Shown: piece after piece, positions 20,485-31,174 of the stretch
How the letters are laid out: each line of letters starts with the position of its first letter
How positions within the stretch are numbered: position 1 is the first letter of the stretch
Assembly (NCBI GenBank): GCA_045533725.1
Contig: JAZSII010000034.1
Coordinates: 2,005 to 66,004, forward strand
From: Acetatifactor sp.
GTDB lineage: Bacteria; Bacillota; Clostridia; Lachnospirales; Lachnospiraceae
Reading direction: 5' to 3'
Length of the DNA stretch: 64,000 bases
Made by a program: the position numbers and the translations under genes
The notes under the pieces: generated by a model
The model's input: the letters and a program-made list of their open reading frames with translations, nothing else
What the model was told of the DNA's origin: nothing
Database searches by the model: none

Positions 20485-21339
20485 ATGATTCAATCATATT
20501 TCAAAAAAGACCCCACCCTTTCATTTGAGGTATTCCCTCCCAAAAAGGATGGTGAATTAGAACAGGCATTCAGCATCTTAGACGGACTTGGCAAATTAAA
20601 TCCTGATTTCATCAGTGTTACATACGGAGCCGGCGGTAGCAAATCCAAAAAAACCGTTGAGCTTGCTTCCTATATCCAAAACACTTTACAGATTCCTGCT
20701 CTGGCACATTTAACCTGTGTTGGTAATACCGTTTCTCAGATAGAATCCGTAATTAAAGAATTAAAGGAAAATAATGTAAATCACATATTGGCGCTACGCG
20801 GCGATCGTCCCAAAGATATGTCCGATGAACAATTCAATTCCCGTGAATTTGCTCATGCCAGCGATTTGATTCACTATTTAAAAGAAAATGAACAATTACA
20901 TATTGCAGGAGCCTGCTATCCCGAAAAGCATTTCGAATCCTTCAGCATGGAATCTGACTTAAATCATTTAAAGCAGAAGCAGGATGCCGGTGCAGAATTT
21001 TTTATTACACAGTTATTTTTTGATAATGATTATTTTTATAATTTCCGAGAAAAAGCATCAAAGAAGGGAATCGTCATCCCCATTTGCACAGGCATTATGC
21101 CTATTACAACTGCAAAACAAATCGGTACCACTGTTTCGCTTTCCGGTTCAAGCGTACCTAAGGCTATGGCTGATATGATTGCAAAGTATTCTGATTCTCC
21201 GGAAGATTTATACAAAGCAGGTATTGACTATGCCATCCGCCAAATTTTAGATTTAAAAGAAAATAATGTAGACGGCGTTCATATTTATACCATGAACAAG
21301 CCTGCTATTGCTACCGAAATTGTTGCGGCAATCTCGTAA
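20485..21339 (+). CDS. metF: 5,10-methylenetetrahydrofolate reductase
   Basis: SFEVFPPK, SVTYGAGG, AHLTC, ALRGD, ITQLFFD, HIYTMN. Confidence 0.95.
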   Translation: MIQSYFKKDPTLSFEVFPPKKDGELEQAFSILDGLGKLNPDFISVTYGAGGSKSKKTVELASYIQNTLQIPALAHLTCVGNTVSQIESVIKELKENNVNHILALRGDRPKDMSDEQFNSREFAHASDLIHYLKENEQLHIAGACYPEKHFESFSMESDLNHLKQKQDAGAEFFITQLFFDNDYFYNFREKASKKGIVIPICTGIMPITTAKQIGTTVSLSGSSVPKAMADMIAKYSDSPEDLYKAGIDYAIRQILDLKENNVDGVHIYTMNKPAIATEIVAAIS

Positions 21340-21346
21340 TACAAAC

Positions 21347-21373
21347 AAAGCCCCGGCTGATGGCCGGGGCTTT
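21347..21373. terminator. Bidirectional terminator between metF and EAL gene
   Basis: AAAGCCCCGGC-TGATG-GCCGGGGCTTT. Confidence 0.8.
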
Positions 21374-21379
21374 TAAATC

Positions 21380-23731
21380 TTATTCATTTAATTTTATATT
21401 TCTCTTACAATCCACAACTTCCAAACGGCCGTTTTTGCTTCCAATATCTAAGATATCCTCTGCAAGAATTCGCATACTTATATTGGCATCATGTACATTA
21501 ATATTACCTTGTCCATTCATATCGCCGATACCAACTACCGAACTTCCTTCACAATAAAACTTAGTATTAGAATTTTCAACAACGCAATCTAAAGCACCGT
21601 AGTCTGAACCAAGACACACAATATTTCTACCTCGAATATCACATTCCATAGTACCGTTGGATATAGTAATATCTCCTTCTCCGTTACTTAAAACTCCGAT
21701 ACCACACATATTATTACCGGATTCCATAATATTAACACTGTAGTTCTCCAAAAATACATGCACAAACCCTTTTAATGCTCCGATTGAAACAGCATTTGCA
21801 CAAGACATTTTAAATTCCAAATCACTGTTATGGATGTCAATGTGAGCATTTCCGTCAAAACTTCCGATACCAAGCGCATTACCGCCTGCACCTTCAATTC
21901 GAATTCCGCTTCTGACTATATGTATTTTAGAATTCAAAGTATTCTTACCACCACCGATACCAATACAGTTTTCGCCATTGACATCTATAAGCATCTGTGT
22001 CATGTGGTCAATAAAGATATTGCCGTAGGTACTCTCTTTATCTCCGCCAATAGCAAAGGAATTTAACATTTCACAATGAATATGCAGATTGCCTTTTCCG
22101 GTGAGTCTCAACTCAGACCCCTGCGGTACTCTGATACCACGATTAATAATCTCATTGGAACCTTCTGTATTTATAGTTACATTACAACCGGAACCAATAT
22201 CAATCAAAGGAATTTCCTTTTCTGTAGTGATACTCACATCTCTTAAAATAATATTGGAATGAATTCCATCTTTTACAGTAATGGAACAACTGATTGGCGT
22301 ACCCTTAACACCTTCAATCTCAACATTTTCCTTGTCAATTAGTATTGAATTATAATGCTGTGTAGCTAATTGCGAAAGATTAACTACCTCATTTTCCTTA
22401 GGAGTATAAACTTTAACAATATACTCCGAGCGCATAATATTAAGTGAAATAATTTCATCCTGAAACTTTTTATCAATCTCCTGCAATAAAGTTGCTTCCG
22501 GTCTGGCAAGATAATATCCCTGAAGATAATCTACTTCCATACCAATTACGGTTTTCAACTCTTCATAGGTTTCCACACCTTCTGCAAGTGCAGAGTATCC
22601 GTTTTCATGAATAAATTCAATAATACCGGCAACGAGCTTTTGAATCTTCGGCTTTTCATGAATATCCTGTACAAGCGCTCTGTCAATCTTTACATAATTA
22701 GGTGTATAACGTATCAAATTGGACAAATTGGAAAAACCGGTTCCGTAATCATCAATTGCTAATGAAATATTATTTTCTTTCAATCGATTTCTAAAATTTG
22801 CAAGGAATTTATCATTCATCTCGGTTTGTTCAGTCATCTCAACAACCAGTTTGTCCATCAAATAACCATATTTATCTACCAAAGAATCCCAGTCATCTGT
22901 TTGCAGCATATATGCCGGAATCGAATTAATAAACAACTTTTTGTCACAGAATAACTCCATATTCTTTGATAAATACTCTAAGGAATTACTCATGGTTGCT
23001 TTTTCAATCTCATAAAGTTTACCAAGATTATTTGCAACATCAATAACTTCCAATGGTTTCATATTAATCATGGGATCTGTACGCATCAATGCTTCATATC
23101 CGAAAACCTTACCATTCTTTGCATCAACAATAGGCTGATAATGATAATGGAACAAATTCTTCTCAATAAGCAAATTAAAGACTTCTTCATGCTTCCAAAG
23201 GACAGTCTGAGAATTGTTAGACTGCTTTAAATCCTTTTTCAAATGATTCATAAGCATTTCACTGTTTGCCAATCTGAAGAAGTTTTCAAAACTATCCTTC
23301 CAGCCGGGGTCTGCGGTAATATATCCATAATCTAACTCAATAACATACGGTTTACCTTCTATATTGTTATATTTCTCAATTTCACTGTCCAGTATTTTAT
23401 TATCATTTTCCAATGCAGAAAGGATATCATCTGTATTATCCATCTCAGGATAATGCTGAATAATCACAAAACGTTCATCTGAAATATGACCGATAAAAGA
23501 GTTGTTATTACGTATACGCTGCAACATATCTGCAACTGCGGATATCATCTCATCTACGGCATTAATTCCGTAATTTTCCAATATATAAATATACTTTGTA
23601 ATTTCATAAACTGTAACAGACAAATAACTGTCTGAATGTGCTGTTGACAAAGAAGATCCAAACCAATTAATAACTTCACGTAACGCAGGTAACTTAGTTA
23701 CAGGATTCATATCTTGCATCCCATTTTTCAT
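21380..23731 (-). CDS. c-di-GMP phosphodiesterase: degenerate GGDEF + EAL + C-terminal beta-helix-like domain
   Basis: GGDEF site reads SDERF; YQPIVD, YEALMR, DDYGTG, KIDR, AEGVET, QGYY intact; tail of repeated GIG/IxI strands. Confidence 0.85.
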   Translation of the reverse strand: MKNGMQDMNPVTKLPALREVINWFGSSLSTAHSDSYLSVTVYEITKYIYILENYGINAVDEMISAVADMLQRIRNNNSFIGHISDERFVIIQHYPEMDNTDDILSALENDNKILDSEIEKYNNIEGKPYVIELDYGYITADPGWKDSFENFFRLANSEMLMNHLKKDLKQSNNSQTVLWKHEEVFNLLIEKNLFHYHYQPIVDAKNGKVFGYEALMRTDPMINMKPLEVIDVANNLGKLYEIEKATMSNSLEYLSKNMELFCDKKLFINSIPAYMLQTDDWDSLVDKYGYLMDKLVVEMTEQTEMNDKFLANFRNRLKENNISLAIDDYGTGFSNLSNLIRYTPNYVKIDRALVQDIHEKPKIQKLVAGIIEFIHENGYSALAEGVETYEELKTVIGMEVDYLQGYYLARPEATLLQEIDKKFQDEIISLNIMRSEYIVKVYTPKENEVVNLSQLATQHYNSILIDKENVEIEGVKGTPISCSITVKDGIHSNIILRDVSITTEKEIPLIDIGSGCNVTINTEGSNEIINRGIRVPQGSELRLTGKGNLHIHCEMLNSFAIGGDKESTYGNIFIDHMTQMLIDVNGENCIGIGGGKNTLNSKIHIVRSGIRIEGAGGNALGIGSFDGNAHIDIHNSDLEFKMSCANAVSIGALKGFVHVFLENYSVNIMESGNNMCGIGVLSNGEGDITISNGTMECDIRGRNIVCLGSDYGALDCVVENSNTKFYCEGSSVVGIGDMNGQGNINVHDANISMRILAEDILDIGSKNGRLEVVDCKRNIKLNE

Positions 23732-23780
23732 ACATTACCACCCCTCAACCTTTTATTGTATATACAATATCTATTAATTA

Positions 23781-23809
23781 ATTACACCATTTGTTTACAT
23801 ATATGTCAA
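23781..23809 (-). promoter_or_regulatory. Sigma-A promoter of EAL gene
   Basis: TTGACA-17nt-TGTAAT. Confidence 0.6.
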
Positions 23810-23828
23810 GAAAATAATCAATCACATC

Positions 23829-23860
23829 AAAAAAAATCTCCGGTTTTTGACCGGAGATTT
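23829..23860 (-). terminator. Intrinsic terminator after gpsA
   Basis: AAATCTCCGGT/ACCGGAGATTT stem plus T-run. Confidence 0.8.
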
Positions 23861-23863
23861 AAC

Positions 23864-24877
23864 TTATTCATCTTCCCAAGGTGCATCAGATACTTCAATT
23901 TTTTTATCTCGAAGCATCAAATCTTTTACCGCTTCTGAAGCAGGCTTACCTTCGAAAAGAACTTTATTCACTTGTTCGATAATGGGGAGCTGTACATTAT
24001 ACTTCTGTGCCAGCTGCATAGCTGCTTTTGCGGAATGAACACCTTCCACAACCATCTTTACCTCTTCCATAGCTTCTTCCATGGTTTTTCCCTGACCAAT
24101 CAGAATACCTGCCCTACGATTTCTGGAATGCATACTTGCACAAGTAACTATCAAATCACCGATTCCGGTAAGTCCGGAAAATGTCTCGTAATGTCCACCC
24201 ATTGCCATACCAAGACGTCCGATTTCAGTAATACCACGGGTAATCAATGCCGCTTTAGTATTATCTCCATATCCAAGTCCATCTGCAATACCTGCTGCTA
24301 ATGCTACAACATTTTTCAAAGAGCCTCCGAGTTCTATACCCAGCACATCCGGGCTGATATAAACACGGAACACTTCATTCATAAATAAACTGCGGATATA
24401 TTCTGCCGTTGATCTCTTTTTTGCCCCAACTACAATGGTTGTGGGCATGCCTCTGCTAACCTCTTCTGCATGAGAAGGACCGGACAAAACAGCAACTGTT
24501 GCATGAGGAATCTCCTGTTCAATAATCTCTGTAAGCGTCATTACAGTATTTTCTTCAATACCCTTTGCAACATTCACAATAATCTGACCGGGTTTTACAT
24601 AGGAACTGAAGCCCTTTGCAGTAGCTCTTGTATAGGAACTTGCTACAGCCATAACCAATAAGTCCTTATCTTTTACAGCTTCTTCTTTGTCGAGGGTAAA
24701 AATCATATCATCTGCCAGTTTTACTCCCGGAAGCATCTTATGTTCATGCTCCGTAGCCAACATTTCAATCTCTTTTTCCAAAGCAGACCATATCGTAATC
24801 TCGTGTCCGTTCTTATGTAATAATACAGCAAGAGCAATTCCCCAGCTTCCGCCGCCTAATACCGTAATATTTGCCAT
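23864..24877 (-). CDS. gpsA: NAD(P)H-dependent glycerol-3-phosphate dehydrogenase
   Basis: GGGSWG, SGPSHAEEV, LKNVVALAAG, GDLIVTC.S.HSRN. Confidence 0.96.
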   Translation of the reverse strand: MANITVLGGGSWGIALAVLLHKNGHEITIWSALEKEIEMLATEHEHKMLPGVKLADDMIFTLDKEEAVKDKDLLVMAVASSYTRATAKGFSSYVKPGQIIVNVAKGIEENTVMTLTEIIEQEIPHATVAVLSGPSHAEEVSRGMPTTIVVGAKKRSTAEYIRSLFMNEVFRVYISPDVLGIELGGSLKNVVALAAGIADGLGYGDNTKAALITRGITEIGRLGMAMGGHYETFSGLTGIGDLIVTCASMHSRNRRAGILIGQGKTMEEAMEEVKMVVEGVHSAKAAMQLAQKYNVQLPIIEQVNKVLFEGKPASEAVKDLMLRDKKIEVSDAPWEDE

Positions 24878-24889
24878 AATAATGCCTCC

Positions 24890-25540
24890 TTATTCTTTAC
24901 TTTTTTTACTCAAATAAGTTTTTCGTTCTACGCCATGTATTAATCTGACAATATTTGCACGATGCTTCCAAAAAGCCATCACTGCAAGGAAAAAACCTAC
25001 AATATACATTTCTGTAAGTTCTTGCTGACTCATACTTCCAAACAGGCCACATTGTCCGCTGATAATAAGCTGTGTTACAAAACCAACATATACCAATAAA
25101 GAGCCCAAGGAAACATAGTGTGTCAGGAAAAAAGTACCAAAAAACAATACAATTCCGACCGGGATAAATGTAGGATGAAACGATAATATCAGCCCTGCTG
25201 TAGCTGCAATGCCTTTTCCACCCTTAAACCCCATGTAAAAAGGAAAATTATGTCCCAGAATTGCCCCCGTTGCAGTATAAATGCACAATAAATATATAGA
25301 ATCGCCATAAGCTCCTCCCCAGATTATTCTGGTTAGGACAACTGCTAAAATACATTTTATGCAATCTCCGAGCAAAACTATCAAACCGGCTTTTCTGCCC
25401 AAAACACGAAGTGCATTTGTCGTTCCTGCGTTACCGCTTCCATGCTCTCGTATATCAATACCTTTTGATTTTCCATAGAAATATGCCGTCTGAAATAACC
25501 CAAACACATAACCGATTGCTAAACATAATAAACGAATCAT
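24890..25540 (-). CDS. plsY: Glycerol-3-phosphate acyltransferase
   Basis: GSGNAGTTN, GHNFP, FKGGKGIA, HRANI. Confidence 0.95.
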   Translation of the reverse strand: MIRLLCLAIGYVFGLFQTAYFYGKSKGIDIREHGSGNAGTTNALRVLGRKAGLIVLLGDCIKCILAVVLTRIIWGGAYGDSIYLLCIYTATGAILGHNFPFYMGFKGGKGIAATAGLILSFHPTFIPVGIVLFFGTFFLTHYVSLGSLLVYVGFVTQLIISGQCGLFGSMSQQELTEMYIVGFFLAVMAFWKHRANIVRLIHGVERKTYLSKKSKE

Positions 25541-26880
25541 TATTGTTCTTTTTCCTTTCGTTCACGAATAATGAAGTGAAGCGGTGTACCTTTAAATCCA
25601 AAAGTATCACGAATCTGATTTTCAATATAACGGATATATGAAAAATGCATTAATTCCTTATCATTTACAAATATAACAAATGTCGGCGGTTTCACGGAAA
25701 CCTGAGTTATATAATACAAGCGAAGTCTCTTACCCTTATCTGAAGGCGGTTGCTGCATTGCTACTGCCTCTGACATAATTTCATTAAGTACACCGGTAGC
25801 AACACGCATAGCATGATTTTCGCTTACCATATCAATTGTTTCATATAACTTCGGAAGTCTTTGACCTGTTTTTGCAGAAATAAATAACATTTCCGCATAT
25901 GGCATATAGGATAACGTATTTCTTACCTTTTCAGTAAAACGATAAATGGTCTTATCATCTTTTTCAATAGCATCCCATTTATTTACGGCAATAATCACTG
26001 CTTTACCTCTGTCATGTGCAATACCTGCAATCTTTGCATCCTGTTCTGTTACACCTTCGGATGCATCAATTACCATAACCACAACATCTGCACGTTCTAC
26101 TGCACTAACAGTACGTACAATCATGAAATGTTCCAGTTCCTCTTTAATTTTATTCTTACGGCGAAGCCCTGCTGTATCTATAAATACATAATCCTTACCA
26201 TTATAAGTGATTTCTGTATCAACTGCATCACGTGTAGTACCGGCAATATCAGAAACAATCAATCTGTTTTCACCTAATAACTTATTGATAATAGAGGATT
26301 TTCCTACATTGGGCTTACCTACAATAGCCACTCTGATACGGTCATCTTCTTCCTCATCCTCTTCCTGTTGCGGAAAATATGAAGTAACCTCCTCCAGCAT
26401 ATCACCCAGACCGAGTCGGTTTGCGGCTGAAATGGGATGCGGGTCACCGATTCCAAGATTATAAAATTCATAGACATCTGCCATATATTTTTCAAAGCTG
26501 TCAACTTTGTTTACAACCAAAACAACAGGTTTATGACATCTTCTTAGCATGTCTGCAACTTTAGCATCTGCATCCTGCAACCCCTGCTTTACATCTACAA
26601 GAAAAATGATAACATCCGCCGTTTCCATGGCAATTTCAGCCTGTTCACGCATTTGTGAAAGAATAATATCCTTACTTTCCGGCTCAATACCGCCGGTATC
26701 AATCAATGTAAAGTTCTTATCCAACCAGGACACATCTGCGTAAATACGATCTCTGGTAATTCCCGGTGTATCTTTTACAATAGAAATATTTTCACCTGCC
26801 AACACATTAAACAATGTTGATTTACCTACATTGGGACGACCAACCACTGCAACTATAGGCTTGGATTTTCTCTTACTCAT
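25540..26880 (-). CDS. der: Ribosome biogenesis GTPase Der/EngA
   Basis: Two G domains ([16 protein letters not shown]) and KH-like tail; start moved to MSKRK after GGAGG. Confidence 0.96.
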   Translation of the reverse strand: MSKRKSKPIVAVVGRPNVGKSTLFNVLAGENISIVKDTPGITRDRIYADVSWLDKNFTLIDTGGIEPESKDIILSQMREQAEIAMETADVIIFLVDVKQGLQDADAKVADMLRRCHKPVVLVVNKVDSFEKYMADVYEFYNLGIGDPHPISAANRLGLGDMLEEVTSYFPQQEEDEEEDDRIRVAIVGKPNVGKSSIINKLLGENRLIVSDIAGTTRDAVDTEITYNGKDYVFIDTAGLRRKNKIKEELEHFMIVRTVSAVERADVVVMVIDASEGVTEQDAKIAGIAHDRGKAVIIAVNKWDAIEKDDKTIYRFTEKVRNTLSYMPYAEMLFISAKTGQRLPKLYETIDMVSENHAMRVATGVLNEIMSEAVAMQQPPSDKGKRLRLYYITQVSVKPPTFVIFVNDKELMHFSYIRYIENQIRDTFGFKGTPLHFIIRERKEKEQ

Positions 26881-26900
26881 GGTTTCCTCCATATTCATTG

Positions 26901-28235
26901 CTAATCTCTGTTTAATATACAATCAATCAAACCACATCCGCTTGATTTTACAATATTAATCGGCACTTGTAAAGCATTTTCCACGTCTGTTTTGGTATAA
27001 TCATCCAGCAATACTGCTTCTCCGCTCCTCAAAACATTCTGGGGTAACAATAGTCTGCTTCCTAATACCTTATCCTTCAACTGCTTACAAATATCCTGAC
27101 CGGTCAAAAGTCCGGAGACAGTTATACGTTCCCCAAAAAATTCATTAATTATCTTATATACATGAAGCTTTAAATTGGGAAACAACTCCTCCAACTGATT
27201 GCACATCCTCTTTATATAGGGATAAGCTAACACTCCTGTTGCTAAAGATAATTCTTCTCTTACGGAAAAATCAGGCAATACTCTGCTTTCCTTCAATTCC
27301 AGGATTCCTTCTTCAAACTCATTCATCATCAATCGAATCATACCGACTCCGTTTTCTAATTGAAGATAGCCATCATAACGTTCTTCCTCAGGAACTTCTT
27401 TTTCAGCCAATATATACCACTCGTCACTTGCATGGATAAAATGTATTCCATGCTCTGCATATATTTTTTTCTGCCAAGCTTCTATCAAATCGATAACTTT
27501 TTCCGCATCTTCCTTTTCAAATGGCTCCAAAGGATATAACCCTTCACGGTATTTGGACAATCCTACGGGAACTACGGATACACTCTCTAAATTGGGTAAA
27601 TACTTTGTCATTTCTCGAATGCTGAAGTCCAATTCCTCGCCGTCATTTATCCCTTTACAAAGAACAATCTGACCATTCATGGTAATTCCTGCTTCATATA
27701 AGGTATCTACTTTTTTTAAAGCCTCTCCGGCAAAGCGATTATTTAACATCATACAACGCAACTGAGGATTCATGGTTTGAAAAGAAATATTAATCGGTGA
27801 TAAATGATAACGCACAATCCTGTCAATATCATGTTCGGACATATTGGTAAGTGTCACATAATTCCCCTGCAAAAAGGATAACCTGGAGTCATCATCCTTA
27901 AAATATAAGGTTTCACGCATCCCTTTAGGCATCTGATCAATAAAGCAAAAAATACATTTATTATGACAATGTCTGTATTCATCCATGAGTCCGTTTTCAA
28001 ATTCAATACCAAGGTCTTCATCGAATTCCTTATCAACCTCCAAAAGCCACTGCTCCCCATCCGGCTTCTGAATTAATACTTCTATATAAGTATCCTGAAT
28101 CAAAAACTGGTAATCAAATATATCCTCTATTTCCGTATTATCTATGCTAAGCAGAATATCTCCTACTTCAATTTCTAATTCTTCGGCAATACTTCCTTCT
28201 ACCACTCTGCTTATCACATGTTGTCTGGTTTTCAT
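26901..28235 (-). CDS. PDZ + radical SAM DUF512 protein
   Basis: [29 protein letters not shown]; usual neighbour of der. Confidence 0.88.
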   Translation of the reverse strand: MKTRQHVISRVVEGSIAEELEIEVGDILLSIDNTEIEDIFDYQFLIQDTYIEVLIQKPDGEQWLLEVDKEFDEDLGIEFENGLMDEYRHCHNKCIFCFIDQMPKGMRETLYFKDDDSRLSFLQGNYVTLTNMSEHDIDRIVRYHLSPINISFQTMNPQLRCMMLNNRFAGEALKKVDTLYEAGITMNGQIVLCKGINDGEELDFSIREMTKYLPNLESVSVVPVGLSKYREGLYPLEPFEKEDAEKVIDLIEAWQKKIYAEHGIHFIHASDEWYILAEKEVPEEERYDGYLQLENGVGMIRLMMNEFEEGILELKESRVLPDFSVREELSLATGVLAYPYIKRMCNQLEELFPNLKLHVYKIINEFFGERITVSGLLTGQDICKQLKDKVLGSRLLLPQNVLRSGEAVLLDDYTKTDVENALQVPINIVKSSGCGLIDCILNRD

Positions 28236-28355
28236 AAAAGCCTCCAAAACGATATAATAAGTTTAGTATACAAGATTTCCCTTGACGTGTCACTACCGCA
28301 ATGTTATAAAATAATTATTGTTTTGTAAAATTTTTATATACTTTAGGAGGTTATC

Positions 28356-29534
28356 ATGCCTAATCTACGTGAGTTAGAGAATGCTATGCCTGTCGCACCG
28401 CTTAAGATTGTGCCTCTCGCATCCATGGCAGAAATGGGTAAGGAAATCGATAAATACATGGTTATTTACCGCAACTACATAAATAATGATAAAGTAAAAA
28501 ATGACCCGGCATTTCATGGATATATTGAAGACAGTTATCTGGCAAAGGTAAACTGTCCGCGCTTTGGTTCCGGTGAAGGCAAAGCAGTTTTCAATGAATC
28601 TGTTCGCGGTAAGGATGTCTTTATCTTAGTTGATGTTTGCAATCACAGCATCACTTATAAATTAAACGGATATGAGAACCATATGTCTCCTGATGATCAT
28701 TATCAGGATTTAAAGCGTGTAATTTCTGCATGTCAGGGAAAAGCACATCGAATCAACGTAATTATGCCCTTCCTTTATGAAGGTCGTCAGCACAAACGTT
28801 CCGGACGTGAATCCTTAGACTGTGCACATGCATTGACTGAGCTACGTGACATGGGCGTAAGTAACCTCATTACCTTTGATGCTCATGATCCACGTGTTGC
28901 AAACGCTACCCCCTTAAGCGGTTTTGATAACTTTACCACTCCCTATCAGTTTATTAAGGCTCTTTTACATGAGGAGGACGATTTAATTATTGATAAAGAC
29001 CATCTATTGGTTATCAGTCCTGATGAAGGTGCCTTAGACCGTGCTATTTATTTTGCCACTGTTCTTGGTGTGGATACCGGCATGTTCTACAAACGTCGTG
29101 ACTACTCCACCATTGTAAACGGCAAAAACCCTATTGTTGCCCACGAATTTTTAGGAGACAATATTGAAGGCAAAGATATTATCATTATGGATGATATGAT
29201 ATCCTCCGGCGGAAGCATGTTGGATACTGCAAAGCAGTTAAAGGAAATGAAAGCCCGACGTGTATATATCTGCACCACTTTCGGTCTCTTTACGGATGGG
29301 TTTGCTGCTTTTGATGAAGCTTATGAAAAGGGATACTTTGACAAGGTGATTACCACTAACCTGAATTATCTACCACCTGAAATATACGAAAAACCCTACT
29401 ATATCAAGGCTGATATGAGCAAATTTATTACTTCTTTGATTGATTTTATGAATCATGATGTATCTTTATCGAATGCGATTGATACCACCGAAAAAATTCA
29501 ACATTTTATTGCAGAATATAGTGAAAGACTTTAA
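28356..29534 (+). CDS. prs: Ribose-phosphate pyrophosphokinase
   Basis: RFGSGE, ESVRGKD, FDAHD, SPDEG, DDMISSGGS. Confidence 0.9.
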   Translation: MPNLRELENAMPVAPLKIVPLASMAEMGKEIDKYMVIYRNYINNDKVKNDPAFHGYIEDSYLAKVNCPRFGSGEGKAVFNESVRGKDVFILVDVCNHSITYKLNGYENHMSPDDHYQDLKRVISACQGKAHRINVIMPFLYEGRQHKRSGRESLDCAHALTELRDMGVSNLITFDAHDPRVANATPLSGFDNFTTPYQFIKALLHEEDDLIIDKDHLLVISPDEGALDRAIYFATVLGVDTGMFYKRRDYSTIVNGKNPIVAHEFLGDNIEGKDIIIMDDMISSGGSMLDTAKQLKEMKARRVYICTTFGLFTDGFAAFDEAYEKGYFDKVITTNLNYLPPEIYEKPYYIKADMSKFITSLIDFMNHDVSLSNAIDTTEKIQHFIAEYSERL

Positions 29535-29537
29535 TCA

Positions 29538-29568
29538 AAAAGGATGGTCGCCATGCGATCATCCTTTT
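29538..29568. terminator. Bidirectional terminator between prs and pgeF
   Basis: AAAAGGATGGTCGC/GCGATCATCCTTTT. Confidence 0.75.
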
Positions 29569-30476
29569 AACATTAAGAAAGCTCCTAAATTTCCTCTTTT
29601 TCCATTTGTAGCTCTGTGTGAAAACAGATAAGGTGCATTACAACAGGTGCAAATATCAGTCACCGAAATATTTTCCAAGGGTACTCCTGCGCTACGAAGT
29701 ATGACCAGATTGGCAAGCCACAAATCCAATTGCCACTTATCCTTCGTTTTTCCGGGAATTAAAATGTCTTTTCGCGGATACTTTCCTTCTGAAACGACTT
29801 CCTCACCAAACAGTTTCGTACTTTCTTCTTCCCAAAAACCTTCTCTAAACTGAACAGCAACCTCTTCGCTTATTTCATAACAGTCCTGACAAATGGAAGG
29901 ACCTACACAAGCAATAATATCTGCCGGATTACAGTTATACTCCTCCTGCATTTTATTAACCATACAGGCTCCCATTCGATTTACTGTACCTCTCCAGCCG
30001 GAATGGGCCAATCCTATTACTCCTTTTACCCGGTCTACAAAATATAAGGGAACACAATCTGCAAAGAAGCAGGACAAAATTACTCCCCTCTCATTTGTAA
30101 TTAAACCATCAATATCTGTATAATCTCTGGGAATTGTAATTCCTTTTCCTGCATCCTCACTCTTGACAACATGAATATTGGTCGTATGTGTTTGGTCTGT
30201 TGTTACAAAGGCATTGCAATCCTTTCCAAACACCTGCGCCATTCGTCTGTAGTTTTCTGTCACACAACCTGTATCATCCCCTCTGATATAGCTAAAATTC
30301 AGGGTTGCAAATTCTTTTGCACTGACACCACCCATGCGGGTTGAAAACGCATGCACGATTTCAGGTATATTACATAATACAGGAAAGGCAAGATATTCAA
30401 GAATATCACCATTATTTAAAACGAATTCCTTTTGCTCCAATACCTGCTCTTTTCTGCTTCTGATAACAGGATACAT
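29559..30476 (-). CDS. pgeF: YfiH/PgeF (laccase-domain) protein
   Basis: FSTRMGGVS, QTH, ADCVP, HSGWRG, GPSI, FSHR. Confidence 0.9.
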   Translation of the reverse strand: MYPVIRSRKEQVLEQKEFVLNNGDILEYLAFPVLCNIPEIVHAFSTRMGGVSAKEFATLNFSYIRGDDTGCVTENYRRMAQVFGKDCNAFVTTDQTHTTNIHVVKSEDAGKGITIPRDYTDIDGLITNERGVILSCFFADCVPLYFVDRVKGVIGLAHSGWRGTVNRMGACMVNKMQEEYNCNPADIIACVGPSICQDCYEISEEVAVQFREGFWEEESTKLFGEEVVSEGKYPRKDILIPGKTKDKWQLDLWLANLVILRSAGVPLENISVTDICTCCNAPYLFSHRATNGKRGNLGAFLMLKG

Positions 30477-30499
30477 AAACCATTTCCTTTCAAAACAAA

Positions 30500-30853
30500 C
30501 TATCCGATATGCTCAAAAGCATTCTTATGCCAGCGGACTTCACTTCCCTCTATGGCAATTACATCATATCGAATCGCCCTGTCCCAAGAAACCTTATGAA
30601 CATATCGATAAAAGGCTGCCACTTCACAAATCTGTTTCTGTTTATAAAAACTGACCGCTGCTTCCGGCGTACCTTTTTCCCTATTTCTACGATATTTTAC
30701 TTCAAAAAACACCAGATACCCTTCATGGTAGCCGATTAAGTCTATCTCACCATGTCGGTTTCTGAAATTTCTTTCTACAATTCGAACGCCCCTCTCCGAC
30801 AAATATGCTTCGGCCCGTAATTCCGCAGCACTACCTGTTTTGCGTTTGTTCAA
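30500..30853 (-). CDS. yraN: YraN-family endonuclease-like protein
   Basis: RNFR..HGEIDLI..FFEVKYR, RYDVIAI. Confidence 0.9.
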   Translation of the reverse strand: MNKRKTGSAAELRAEAYLSERGVRIVERNFRNRHGEIDLIGYHEGYLVFFEVKYRRNREKGTPEAAVSFYKQKQICEVAAFYRYVHKVSWDRAIRYDVIAIEGSEVRWHKNAFEHIG

Positions 30854-30863
30854 ATCATTTCTC

Positions 30864-31154
30864 CTACATCTTCATTTTACTCTTTAATTTATCCATAGAA
30901 TCCACAAAAATCAAGATTTCTGCAACTACCTCATAAAGCTCCGGAGGAATCATTTCACCGATTTCCAGCCTTGATAAAGTATCTGCAAGCTTATCATCTT
31001 TATGAATGGGCACATCAAATTCCTGCGCTTTTTCTATGATTTTTTCTGCCAAAATACCCCGCCCGGAAGCTACAACCTTTGGTGCATCCTCACTCGGATC
31101 ATAGCTTAAAGCAATGGCCTGCTTAGGCTTTAACTTTTTTTCCTTCATATCCAT
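30864..31154 (-). CDS. FlhB C-terminal-like (YlqH) protein
   Basis: AIALSYD..APKVVASG.G..A.KI, IPPELYEVVAEIL. Confidence 0.88.
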   Translation of the reverse strand: MDMKEKKLKPKQAIALSYDPSEDAPKVVASGRGILAEKIIEKAQEFDVPIHKDDKLADTLSRLEIGEMIPPELYEVVAEILIFVDSMDKLKSKMKM

Positions 31155-31174
31155 GGACAACATCCTCCAAAGTT

